Shown: positions 8,458 through 17,569 of the stretch, piece by piece
Layout: each line of letters begins with the position of its first letter
Numbering within the stretch: position 1 is the stretch's first letter
From: an uncultured Opitutales bacterium
Lineage (GTDB): Bacteria > Verrucomicrobiota > Verrucomicrobiia > Opitutales > UBA9783
Direction: 5' to 3'
DNA length: 32,000 nt
NCBI GenBank assembly: GCA_934691225.1
Contig: CAKUSQ010000001.1
Span: 210,001 to 242,000, forward strand
Program-made: the position numbers and the translations under genes
The notes under the pieces: generated by a model
What the model saw: the letters and a program-made list of their open reading frames with translations, nothing else
Told to the model about the DNA's origin: nothing
Database searches by the model: none

Positions 8458-10761
8458 TTATTCAAATTCCTTTAATGTTTTTTCAATTAAAGGTAAAAGC
8501 AGCTCCCTTGCATGCTTATTTAAAATAGGACTTATGTAAATATGTAAATACTTAGATGGTAACTTTATTGTTTTTAATGTTGAAATTTTCAAAAAAGGCC
8601 CTCCAGCTCCATGTAAAAGAATATTCGTATTGCTGTGTTGTTTCATTGGCACATAATAATGACGTTTTAAATCAGGACAACGATGCGCCTTTTCTAACAA
8701 ATTCTTCCAACGAATATCATACAACCAATTTTCAGAAATGATAATTTCTAAGATAAGTTTTTCGCTTAACATAGAATCGAAAGACGATTTTTTACCGAAC
8801 AATATTTCTCGCATAAGTCGCTCTAGATTCCACTCTACATCTGTTTTCAATTTCCTATCTATCTGATTTTCAACTACATCAAAATAATTCAAAACTTTTT
8901 CTTGTATCGCTTTATTATCTCTCAAATAACAAATTAAATCCGGTTGAGATAAAACCACATTAGGCTGCACAAACGTCACAAACGCCAACCATTCATCGTA
9001 CAAATCATACTTTTTAAAATGCTGTAAAACATCTAACAATTGAACGTATGCCATAGTATGATGTGGTAAACACAAAATAGCTTTACAATAACAATCAACT
9101 CCTTGCTTCAATGCATTATCACAAACGTACAAAGCTCCTAAACTCTCTAAAATTTCTGGCTGGTACGGATTTACTTTCAAAGATTCCTCATAATACGATA
9201 TTGAACGCTGAGCTAAATCTCGACTTTTCCGAAATCCACTGCAAGAAAAATAATACCCACCATGATTCAAATAATACAAATTATGCGGATCATTATCGAT
9301 AGCCTTTTTCAAAAAAAACTCACAATTTGTATCTTTATTACTAGCACATGTTACAAATTTCTTAAAATAGTAACGTCCTAAAACATCTTTAACACTAAAA
9401 AAAACAACGATTAAAAAAAGACACAGCGAAATGATTTTTAAAAGAACAAACAACGTCTTACTTTCACTTTCCTTAATTGCATCACTATAAACAAATTTCA
9501 ACTTAAGTATAAATCCAACGATAAGACAGAAAAAACACGAAATACAAAAAATATCCCATGATGATTCACTCATAAAAGATAAGTAAGAAAAAAAACTTAA
9601 TAAACATCCTCCTAAAACTATTTTATCAATCCTAGGAACATTGTTTTTTCTTAAAATATAAAAACCACTATAAATTATATATCCCAAACATAAAAAAGCA
9701 AAAATTCCTCCAATAAATCCAAACTCTATTAAAAATTGAACAGGTGCTACATGCAATTGCCAACAATGATGTACAATATCTGGAGAAGATTTTAAATAAT
9801 GTAACGGCGTAGTTGTAATACCATGGCCTGTCCACGGACTCGTTTCAACTAACGACCAACCATCTTGTGCCAAATACCACCGCTCCCCACAAAATGACTT
9901 TATACGACCCTTACATAATAAAGTTAAAATAACGCGCGTTTTTGGATTTAAATAAACAATAAAAAAAACCAATGACATTACACATAAAGGAATTATCCAA
10001 TATTTTTTCAAATATTTAACCCCTCGTTTGGCCCATATAAAAAATAGCAATAACAAAATAAATATCGAACTTAACCACGCTCCTTTACATTTCGATACCC
10101 ATAAAACACTAAATGCGTACACTAAGCCTAATAACCACACGTATTTTAACTTTTTCCGTTTATCTGCTAAAAAAAGTCCGATAAAAAATGGCCAAACAAT
10201 AGCTGCAAACATTCCAGCATAATTTGAATAATCAAATGGATTTCGGATCGTATCTAAAGTTAAAAAATCAAATAAATTAGCCGCATTTAACAAAAAACCT
10301 AAAAACAATGCACTCCATGGATATGAAAACTGTGCTTGGCTATAAAAACACGCCAATGTTAAACAAATGGAAAAATGTAAAAAAATAACAACAATAATTC
10401 CTAAAAACCTTAAAGAATCAAGGAATGCTTCTTTTTTAATTTGCCAAAATAAAAAACTTATTGCCATTGAACATAACATTATATCCAATTCACTCCCAGA
10501 TCGCACACGGTAATGACTAAAAAAAATGGACAATAACAATGCAATTTCAAAGCCCAACAAACACCCAATAAAAATTTTATCTTGTTTTTTTACACCAGAT
10601 CGCATCAATCGATACATACCCCACCCACAAACACTTAAATAAAAGACCTTAAGTCCCCATGCATATTCAAACACAAAACGATGTGCAGGATAAATTCCAG
10701 ATAATATTAAAATTATTAATCCAATAAAAAAACATCTTTGGTTTTTGTTAATAAAATTCAT
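8458..10761 (-). CDS. polytopic O-antigen ligase/polymerase-family (Wzy_C-like) membrane protein with C-terminal TPR domain
   Basis: 767 aa. About 12 or more hydrophobic helices in the first ~450 aa. Periplasmic-loop segment GHGITTTPLHYLKSSPDIVHHCWQLHVAPVQFLIEFGFIGG resembles the Wzy_C/WaaL/PglL signature. The C-terminal ~300 aa carry TPR-like repeats (SISYYEESLKVNPYQPEILESLGALY...). Confidence 0.65.
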   Translation of the reverse strand: MNFINKNQRCFFIGLIILILSGIYPAHRFVFEYAWGLKVFYLSVCGWGMYRLMRSGVKKQDKIFIGCLLGFEIALLLSIFFSHYRVRSGSELDIMLCSMAISFLFWQIKKEAFLDSLRFLGIIVVIFLHFSICLTLACFYSQAQFSYPWSALFLGFLLNAANLFDFLTLDTIRNPFDYSNYAGMFAAIVWPFFIGLFLADKRKKLKYVWLLGLVYAFSVLWVSKCKGAWLSSIFILLLLFFIWAKRGVKYLKKYWIIPLCVMSLVFFIVYLNPKTRVILTLLCKGRIKSFCGERWYLAQDGWSLVETSPWTGHGITTTPLHYLKSSPDIVHHCWQLHVAPVQFLIEFGFIGGIFAFLCLGYIIYSGFYILRKNNVPRIDKIVLGGCLLSFFSYLSFMSESSWDIFCISCFFCLIVGFILKLKFVYSDAIKESESKTLFVLLKIISLCLFLIVVFFSVKDVLGRYYFKKFVTCASNKDTNCEFFLKKAIDNDPHNLYYLNHGGYYFSCSGFRKSRDLAQRSISYYEESLKVNPYQPEILESLGALYVCDNALKQGVDCYCKAILCLPHHTMAYVQLLDVLQHFKKYDLYDEWLAFVTFVQPNVVLSQPDLICYLRDNKAIQEKVLNYFDVVENQIDRKLKTDVEWNLERLMREILFGKKSSFDSMLSEKLILEIIISENWLYDIRWKNLLEKAHRCPDLKRHYYVPMKQHSNTNILLHGAGGPFLKISTLKTIKLPSKYLHIYISPILNKHARELLLPLIEKTLKEFE

Positions 10762-10824
10762 TTATTTGATATTATCATTATTAACTAATTTTTGTCTATA
10801 AAAATCATCTATCTCCCTATTTTA

Positions 10825-10853
10825 TTGACAAAACGACGACTTTTAACATTATT
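10825..10853 (+). promoter_or_regulatory. candidate sigma70-type promoter for the Cys/Tyr-rich protein gene
   Basis: TTGACA (10825-10830), 17-nt spacer, ATTATT (10848-10853), then only 11 nt to the ATG at 10865. No Shine-Dalgarno is visible. Confidence 0.45.
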
Positions 10854-10864
10854 AAATTTTAATT

Positions 10865-11602
10865 ATGAATATTAAAATATTAAAATTCTGTTCGTTAGTT
10901 GCTGCACTTATAAGCACTAATATCGCTAATGCCCATTGGTGTCAAATATGTCATGAATATCATCGAGGTCGTTCCTGCCCTTACGTTTATTTAGGGCTAT
11001 CTTGTAATGATGGTTTTGGATGTCACTATTATTATGATGATGCTTATGATTGTTACGATGATGGTAATTCAGATGATGAAGAAGAAGCTTTAAGGCAACA
11101 AGAAGCACGTTTGAGAATGGCAAGAGAAGAACACAGGCAACGTCACCTAAGAAGACTTGCAAGTTCGGTTTCTAGCATTCATACAACAAACGATGCTAAT
11201 ATCGCTTTAGATCGTATTGCAGACCGTATCCAATCTACACATTACAATTGCAACCCAATTGAGATTAATCCTTACATTTTAGCCAACCTAACTAAAAACG
11301 CTTCTAACAATCTAAACGGTTTCAATGCAATTATAACTAACCTTCAAAATCGAGCTCAACAGTTTGGTTTTCGTTACAACCAAGCAACAGGACGTTTTAC
11401 AGCTCAACAACCTTTTTACAACTGTCAAGAATACCCTTTCGGTTGCAAAGATGATTATGGCTACAATTGCAATTCATACGATTCCTACGGTTGCCAAGAA
11501 CACTATGGTTACAGCTGTGAAGATGATTATCGATATGGTTGCAATTCATATGGGTATGATTGTTCAGACCATTATAGATACAGTAATCCCTACGGTTGCT
11601 AA
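10865..11602 (+). CDS. secreted Cys/Tyr/Asp-rich repeat protein, unknown function
   Basis: 245 aa. Sec-type signal peptide ending ANA|HW. Cys/Tyr/Asp-rich N- and C-terminal modules flank a charged helical core (EALRQQEARLRMAREEHRQRHLRRL). Own promoter and strong terminator. Confidence 0.8.
   Translation: MNIKILKFCSLVAALISTNIANAHWCQICHEYHRGRSCPYVYLGLSCNDGFGCHYYYDDAYDCYDDGNSDDEEEALRQQEARLRMAREEHRQRHLRRLASSVSSIHTTNDANIALDRIADRIQSTHYNCNPIEINPYILANLTKNASNNLNGFNAIITNLQNRAQQFGFRYNQATGRFTAQQPFYNCQEYPFGCKDDYGYNCNSYDSYGCQEHYGYSCEDDYRYGCNSYGYDCSDHYRYSNPYGC
11444..11599 (+). repeat. in-frame tandem repeat with an 8-codon period (C-x3-Y-x-Y-x), arranged as two ~24-codon super-repeats
   Basis: Peptide units: CKDDYGYN CNSYDSYG CQEHYGYS / CEDDYRYG CNSYGYD CSDHYRYSNPYGC. 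At DNA level the shared blocks gatgattat and tgcaattcata recur about 72 nt apart. Confidence 0.8.
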
Positions 11603-11623
11603 TAAAATTTAACACAACTAAAA

Positions 11624-11656
11624 ATATCCTTCTATAAAAGAAGGATATTTTTTTAT
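11624..11656 (+). terminator. rho-independent terminator
   Basis: 10-bp stem ATATCCTTCT/AGAAGGATAT (11624-11633 with 11639-11648), 5-nt loop, then a T-run (tttttttatttt). Confidence 0.75.
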
Positions 11657-11703
11657 TTTCATATTGCTTTTTTAAAAAAAATATCTTTTTATAGAATCTA
11701 CGT

Positions 11704-11789
11704 GCTTGAGTGGCGGAATGGTAGACGCTGAGGACTTAAAATCCTCTGATCGAAAGATCGTACGGGTTCAAGTCCCGTCTCGAGCACCA
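11704..11789 (+). tRNA. tRNA-Leu (anticodon TAA)
   Basis: 86-nt class II tRNA. Acceptor GCTTGAG/CTCGAGC, D arm GCG-GAATGGTAGA-CGC, anticodon stem GAGGA/TCCTC with loop CTTAAAA, long variable arm GATC-GAAA-GATC, T arm ACGGG-TTCAAGT-CCCGT, discriminator A plus encoded CCA. Confidence 0.92.
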
Positions 11790-11833
11790 TCTGCTTAAAA
11801 TTTGTTAAAAGTTTCGTTAGTTTACATCAATTT

Positions 11834-12364
11834 ATGTGTTTGGTACAAAAAAGCATCAGAATCATTTTATTAAATCAGAAAAATGAAATTGGCTTAATCC
11901 AAGCAGATGATGCTTCTTTAAAAGATAATTCCGGAAAATACAATGGGAAATTTTGGTATTTAATTGGTGGTCAAATCGAAGCTAATGAAACGTTACAAGC
12001 GGCCGCTCAACGAGAACTTTATGAAGAAACAGGGCTCCAATCTCAAGATGTAATTTGGGGTCCTATCGTTTGGGAAGGCATAGTTCATTTACAAAAAAAC
12101 AACGCTCCATTAAACATTCACCAAAGCTTTATTGTTGCTAACACCCATAATAATAACATACATCTGCATCAACTGGATGCTTGGGAACAGGATCATGTAA
12201 AACAATTGCGTTGGTTTTCTCTTGAAGATATAACACATTGCACAGAAATCATTTATCCGGTTGTTTTAAAGGATTTGTTACCTCCTATTTTACTAAAACA
12301 ATACCCTACTACTCCCATCACCATTGATCTAGATAAAAAACCTAATTTTACAAATTTATCATAA
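11834..12364 (+). CDS. NUDIX-family hydrolase
   Basis: 176 aa. Contains the Nudix box GGQIEANETLQAAAQRELYEETGL (GX5EX7REUXEEXGU). Confidence 0.85.
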   Translation: MCLVQKSIRIILLNQKNEIGLIQADDASLKDNSGKYNGKFWYLIGGQIEANETLQAAAQRELYEETGLQSQDVIWGPIVWEGIVHLQKNNAPLNIHQSFIVANTHNNNIHLHQLDAWEQDHVKQLRWFSLEDITHCTEIIYPVVLKDLLPPILLKQYPTTPITIDLDKKPNFTNLS

Positions 12365-15300
12365 TCAGTTCCGATTTGCCCATGACCTCAGTTCTTTTTT
12401 TGGGAAGGGCGTAATGTCAATGGGTAAAATCTCTAATCCATAAACAGCTGGATGGGATCGCAAAAGCTTTATATCTTCCAAGGATAATTGTGTTCGGGCT
12501 CCAAATGGCAAAGTACCTTCTAAAGCATACGTCTCATCGATGCAAAAACTTACTTTCATTTCCATAGAACCATCGTTTTTTGAAATCAACTGTCGTAACT
12601 TTGTAAAAAAATCAATAGCATTCTCATTGGGGTATAAAATCCAATGCAACGATTTAATTAAATAAGGAAAATTTTTGTAAAAATCTATAACACGTTGCGT
12701 ATTTAAACTGTACCCTTCCGCAGTTTTTCGAACAGTACCTTCAACGATTATCAAACTACCTTCTTGCACCAACGAACCAAACTTTTCAAAATTATCAGAA
12801 AACAGTTGCAAATCGTAACGCACTTCTTTTGTGGATAAAGTAAAGGCTAACCATGGACGATTATTCTTTTTAGAAATTCGTTTAGATACATCTTCAACAA
12901 CACCACAAATCCTAAAACTTTCTCCACCAGGCACCAATGGAAATTCATCTATAGTATAAGTCTGAAAGACTTTCTCCATACCATTTAATGTATCTAAAGG
13001 ATGCCCTGAAAGATAAAACCCTAACAATTCACGTTCATATTTGAGTTTTTCAAATAGCGGCATAGGTTTATTTATACGCGTTTCTGCTTTTTCAACCATC
13101 CGGTCACCTAGCATTTCATCAAAATCAAATAAAGCAGCCTGTCCGCGTTGAAAATCTTGTTGCGCCACCGACGCAGACTTTAATAATGACTCCATGTTAT
13201 CCAATAAATACTGCCGATCTTCACCAAAATTATCAAAAGCTCCTGCTTTGATTAAATTCTCAACGACACGCTTATTAGAAGCTTTAGAATCTACACGCTT
13301 TGCAAAATCCACAAAAGATTTAAATTTTCCGTGCAGATTTCGCTCCTCTAAGATACGTGAAGAAGCTGCATCCCCTACCCCTTTGATGGCTGATAAACCA
13401 AATCGTATCTGTTTTTTTTGTGAATTTATAACCGGTGTAAAAACATTCAATGACTCATTAATATCAGGACCTAAAATTTCGATATTAATATTCGAACGAC
13501 AATTGTCGATATAGTAAGATAATTTATCTGCATTTCCTAATTCTGATGATAGGATAGAAGCCATAAATTGCGTCGGATAGTGTGCCTTTAAATAAGCAGT
13601 TTGGTAAATAATAATGGCATAAGCATCCGAATGCGATTTATTAAAACCATAACCCGCAAATTTAGCTAATACATCAAAAATTTCATTTGCTTTCCCCTCT
13701 GGAATTCCGTTATGTTCCCAAGCTCCTTTTACAAAAACTTCACGCTGGGCATTCATAACTTCTACTTTTTTCTTACCCATAGCACGACGCAAAATATCTG
13801 CACCACCTAAACTGTATCCAGCAATCACGCGTGCAGCTTGCATTACTTGTTCCTGAAACACTAAAATTCCATAAGTTTTTTTGCAAACAGGCTCTAATAA
13901 AGGATGTATATACTTTATTTGTTCAGGATGTTTTTTACCATTAATATAATCCGGGATCCATTCCATCGGTCCCGGCCGATTTAATGCACTTAAGGCACTA
14001 ATCTCATCGATAGAATTGAGTTCAAATTGCTGACAAATTTTTTGAACAAAAGGCGATTCCAACTGAAAAACCCCCACAGTCTCACCTTTATTTAACATTT
14101 GAAATGTAAGTTCATCTTCAAAAGGTATATTGTGGATATCGAATGTCGGATCTACCTGATCACGAATTAATGTTTGTGCATCATTGATAATCGTTAAAGT
14201 TTTGAGGCCCAAAAAATCCATTTTTAATAAGCCTAAACCTTCTACATATTCCTTAGAGTATTGCGTCGTCAAAGCTCCTTCTTGCAATGTAGTTGGCACC
14301 AACTCATCCAATGGTTTATCCCAAATAATAATGCCACAAGCGTGCGTACCGGAATTGCGAGCGACTCCTTCGATCACTTGACCTTCCTTGAATACTTTTT
14401 CGGCCATCGGATTGGACTCAACTTCCTGTTTTAATTCCAAAGACTTTTCTAAGGCCCCTGAAAGTGTGATCTTCAAATCATCCGGAATCATTTTAGACCA
14501 ACGATCGGCTTCCGCGTAAGGGACATCGTAAACACGTGCCAAATCACGAACTACCATTTTTGCCCCTAAGGTACCAAACGTGATAATATTTCCAACATTA
14601 TTTTGACCATAAATCCGGCGAACATATTGGATAACTTCTTCACGTCTACGCATACAAAAATCAATATCGATATCTGGAGGCGAAACACGTTCTGGATTCA
14701 AAAAACGCTCAAAAAGCAAATTAAAACGTATTGGGTCTGTATCCGTAATGGTCATAACATAAGCCACCAGAGATCCTGCAACAGAACCACGCCCAGGACC
14801 TACCGAAATTCCTTGTGTTTTAGCCCAATGGATAAAATCCCAAACGATCAGAAAATAATCTGTAAATCCTGTTTGATCGATAATTTTCCATTCGTATTTC
14901 AATCGATCAACCACTTCCTTGGCTGTAAGGCCAAAAACATCTGGACCTTCTTCGGTAGAAAAATCAATATTGTAACGCTTTTTTAATCCTTGAATGCACA
15001 GATCATAAAAAAGTTCTTTGTTATCCGCGTATTTTTTTTGATAAGCCTCTGGCAAATGTTCAAAATTAAATACCGGGAAATGATTATCTCCAAAAGGAAG
15101 CGTTACATTGCAACGTTCTGCTACTTCTAACGTATTATCTAAAAGCTCTGGATATTCCTTAAACGCTAAAGCTATTTCGTCCTTTGATTTTAAGTAAAAC
15201 TGATGCGTTGGCATCCTCATTCGTTGTTCATCCATAACTTTATTGCCTGTTTGAATGCACAACAACGCATCCTGAGCTTCCCAATCCGATGCACGAACAT

Positions 15301-15940
15301 AATGTACATCGTTAGTCGCGATACATTTTACCCCGAATATTTTTGCAAGCTTTAATAAACCTGGATTAATTTCTTGCTGTTCGGGCATACCTTGATTTTG
15401 TATCTCTACTAAAAAATTTTCTTTTCCGAAAATATCAACCAAAACCCCCAATGCTTTTTCGGCTTTACCAAATTCATTCCGCAACAAAAATTGAGATAAA
15501 ACACCGCTGATACATCCTGATGTTGCGATAAGTCCTTTGCTATATTTTGCTAATTGCTCTAAATCGGTTCTAGGCTTATAATAAAATCCATTGACATGAG
15601 CATCGGATACTATTTTTGTTAGATTTCGAAAACCATCCCAATCTTTAGCCATTAAACATGCATGTGCCAATTTAAGTGACTCTTCACCTTGTGATCTTTG
15701 CTTTACCAAACGAGATCCTTCGTAAAGCATATAAATTTCACATCCTAAAATAGGTTTAATTCCTACCTTTTGAGCCGCTTTATAAAACTGAGGAATTCCA
15801 AATAAATTCCCATGGTCCGTTAAAGCTAGAGCTGGCATACCCAATTCAGCTGCGTACTCAACCAATCGTTCCACTTTACATGCGCCATCTAACAAACTAT
15901 ATTCCGAATGTACATGCAAATGAACAAAAGATTTTTTCAT
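12365..15940 (-). CDS. dnaE: DNA polymerase III alpha subunit
   Basis: PHP domain FVHLHVHSEYSLLDG and LALTDHGNLFG. Core motifs GLLKMDFLGLKTLT and FNKSHSDAYA. The track start at 15955 is TTG. I prefer the ATG at 15940 (MKKSFVHLHVHS). Confidence 0.95.
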   Translation of the reverse strand: MKKSFVHLHVHSEYSLLDGACKVERLVEYAAELGMPALALTDHGNLFGIPQFYKAAQKVGIKPILGCEIYMLYEGSRLVKQRSQGEESLKLAHACLMAKDWDGFRNLTKIVSDAHVNGFYYKPRTDLEQLAKYSKGLIATSGCISGVLSQFLLRNEFGKAEKALGVLVDIFGKENFLVEIQNQGMPEQQEINPGLLKLAKIFGVKCIATNDVHYVRASDWEAQDALLCIQTGNKVMDEQRMRMPTHQFYLKSKDEIALAFKEYPELLDNTLEVAERCNVTLPFGDNHFPVFNFEHLPEAYQKKYADNKELFYDLCIQGLKKRYNIDFSTEEGPDVFGLTAKEVVDRLKYEWKIIDQTGFTDYFLIVWDFIHWAKTQGISVGPGRGSVAGSLVAYVMTITDTDPIRFNLLFERFLNPERVSPPDIDIDFCMRRREEVIQYVRRIYGQNNVGNIITFGTLGAKMVVRDLARVYDVPYAEADRWSKMIPDDLKITLSGALEKSLELKQEVESNPMAEKVFKEGQVIEGVARNSGTHACGIIIWDKPLDELVPTTLQEGALTTQYSKEYVEGLGLLKMDFLGLKTLTIINDAQTLIRDQVDPTFDIHNIPFEDELTFQMLNKGETVGVFQLESPFVQKICQQFELNSIDEISALSALNRPGPMEWIPDYINGKKHPEQIKYIHPLLEPVCKKTYGILVFQEQVMQAARVIAGYSLGGADILRRAMGKKKVEVMNAQREVFVKGAWEHNGIPEGKANEIFDVLAKFAGYGFNKSHSDAYAIIIYQTAYLKAHYPTQFMASILSSELGNADKLSYYIDNCRSNINIEILGPDINESLNVFTPVINSQKKQIRFGLSAIKGVGDAASSRILEERNLHGKFKSFVDFAKRVDSKASNKRVVENLIKAGAFDNFGEDRQYLLDNMESLLKSASVAQQDFQRGQAALFDFDEMLGDRMVEKAETRINKPMPLFEKLKYERELLGFYLSGHPLDTLNGMEKVFQTYTIDEFPLVPGGESFRICGVVEDVSKRISKKNNRPWLAFTLSTKEVRYDLQLFSDNFEKFGSLVQEGSLIIVEGTVRKTAEGYSLNTQRVIDFYKNFPYLIKSLHWILYPNENAIDFFTKLRQLISKNDGSMEMKVSFCIDETYALEGTLPFGARTQLSLEDIKLLRSHPAVYGLEILPIDITPFPKKELRSWANRN

Positions 15941-15994
15941 ATATTCTAATTTCAAAGGTATTGAAGAGAAGGTCTAGTCAAAAAGAAAGATTTT

Positions 15995-17569
15995 TTAAGG
16001 TTCTTTTACTTTCCTGATTTCAGAGATATCATGTTTCTCCCACACCATCTCTCCAGCTTTTTCGGTTCTTGTTACAGCGGTGATACGATGACACACATCT
16101 TTAGAATTGCCTTGTTTCAACCAAACATCGATGACAAAATCATCCGTGCGTGCCGATAAATTCTGAAACAAATGAAGTTTCTCCTTAAAATTCCCTTGTA
16201 TTTGCTTTATAAAACTAAATCCATCCACAAATATCTGTCCACTTACAATTTCCTCTGTAATTAGACTTACATCATCTTCATTTAAATCATTCCCAAAAAT
16301 ATGCTGCAATTGTTGTTCGATATACAATCTAGGTGCATTAAAATTAATGAAAGGTGCTGTTTTATCGATAACCATTCTATTCCAAACCCAACGATTCAAA
16401 GATTTACAAGAATCTTTAATAAAATTTCCAATTTTTTTGTAAGGACTTCCATCAGGAAAAAACAAACAAGCATTTAATTTTTCAATCCATGTATCTGTAT
16501 AAAAAATAGTATGATAGTTTTCCATCACAATTTCCTTTGTAGTCCAAAACGATTTCGCTTCATCAGAATTTATACTCCATGCATTTCCATCACTCTTTAA
16601 CGCGCCCTCATATAACCAAAAATCCATGCATAACTCATTGGGAACATCTAAATAATATTTACCACTACTTCCCACGATTTTCAAGTTTACAAAAACAAAA
16701 TCACCTGTTTTTATAAAAAACGAATCTGTGTAGCCAATACCTACTTCAACATTTCCTCCTTTTTCTATATTAACATCCAAAATCTCTTCTTCATCTTTGC
16801 TACTTAATCCTGCAAAGCCAAATGTTGCTCTGTTACAAGAACAAATTTTAGTATAAGCTATTTTTAATTGACCTGTTAATCTTCTATCGTACGGATTAAA
16901 AAATTTCAATGTAATCTTTTGATTGCTTATGTCATCAGATACCTCCACCCCTATCAAAAAAGGAAAAAATAAACTCACTGGCAAAGCCTCTGTTTTGTCC
17001 CTTTTCAAAGCAACCCAACGCTTTTTAGCTAATTCAACCAATGTAGCCAATGTAAATTTCGTTTCATCTAAATGCGTTTCATCTAAACTTCCCTTCAAGA
17101 CACTTTCTAAGTCATGGTTATCCAAAGCCATCCAGTCATCCAATTGCTTACGATAACCCGTTTGTTGAAATTCAGGAAAACTTTTTGGAAATTCGTCAAA
17201 AACAGCAGAAATTTTATATCCCAACTGCCCATTTTCAAAGTTTTTATCCAAAATTCCTAAATCTTCTATAGGTTGAACACTCGTATCAAAAAAATGCAAT
17301 CCATCACTTTTAATTACAGGAATTATCGAGTTACTCGAAGCCATCGTTTTTAAAGATTCGTAAGCTATTGTTGATAATATCATCCATTGCTTTTCTACAA
17401 GATCTCGTTGCAAACGCTTCTTCTCTTTATCGTAATTTCCTAAATAAACAAATGTATAAGTCGCAATACCTCCACTTAACGTTCCTAGGAGCATTAAAAC
17501 CAGTAATATATTACCTCGTTCATAAACGTTTTTCCAACGGCATTTCTTTTGACATGAAATGTTTTCCAT
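15995..17569 (-). CDS. unknown bitopic membrane protein with a large periplasmic domain, translationally overlapped with the upstream secretin gene
   Basis: The track start at 17653 is TTG. I prefer the ATG at 17569 (MENISCQKK...), which has GGTGG 6 nt upstream (17576-17580). The alternative ATG is at 17575. Basic N-terminal stub, one TM (ILLVLMLLGTLSGGIATYTFVYL), then about 480 aa rich in aromatic and acidic residues with no motif I recognise. Confidence 0.6.
   Translation of the reverse strand: MENISCQKKCRWKNVYERGNILLVLMLLGTLSGGIATYTFVYLGNYDKEKKRLQRDLVEKQWMILSTIAYESLKTMASSNSIIPVIKSDGLHFFDTSVQPIEDLGILDKNFENGQLGYKISAVFDEFPKSFPEFQQTGYRKQLDDWMALDNHDLESVLKGSLDETHLDETKFTLATLVELAKKRWVALKRDKTEALPVSLFFPFLIGVEVSDDISNQKITLKFFNPYDRRLTGQLKIAYTKICSCNRATFGFAGLSSKDEEEILDVNIEKGGNVEVGIGYTDSFFIKTGDFVFVNLKIVGSSGKYYLDVPNELCMDFWLYEGALKSDGNAWSINSDEAKSFWTTKEIVMENYHTIFYTDTWIEKLNACLFFPDGSPYKKIGNFIKDSCKSLNRWVWNRMVIDKTAPFINFNAPRLYIEQQLQHIFGNDLNEDDVSLITEEIVSGQIFVDGFSFIKQIQGNFKEKLHLFQNLSARTDDFVIDVWLKQGNSKDVCHRITAVTRTEKAGEMVWEKHDISEIRKVKEP

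Noticed and set aside
10926-11615. Alternative-frame and antisense ORFs over the Cys/Tyr-rich gene (10926-11162 minus, 11364-11612 plus, 11397-11615 minus)
   Set aside because: The repetitive, stop-poor codon composition keeps several frames open. Only the 10865-11602 frame has a signal peptide, promoter and terminator.
12365-15955. Antisense ORFs within dnaE (13194-13514, 14184-14381, 14603-14986)
   Set aside because: They are embedded opposite a highly conserved gene. I treated them as spurious, as I did the analogous antisense ORFs in fabH, plsX, thrS, gspD, gspE, gspF, the Wzy_C gene and others listed in the track.
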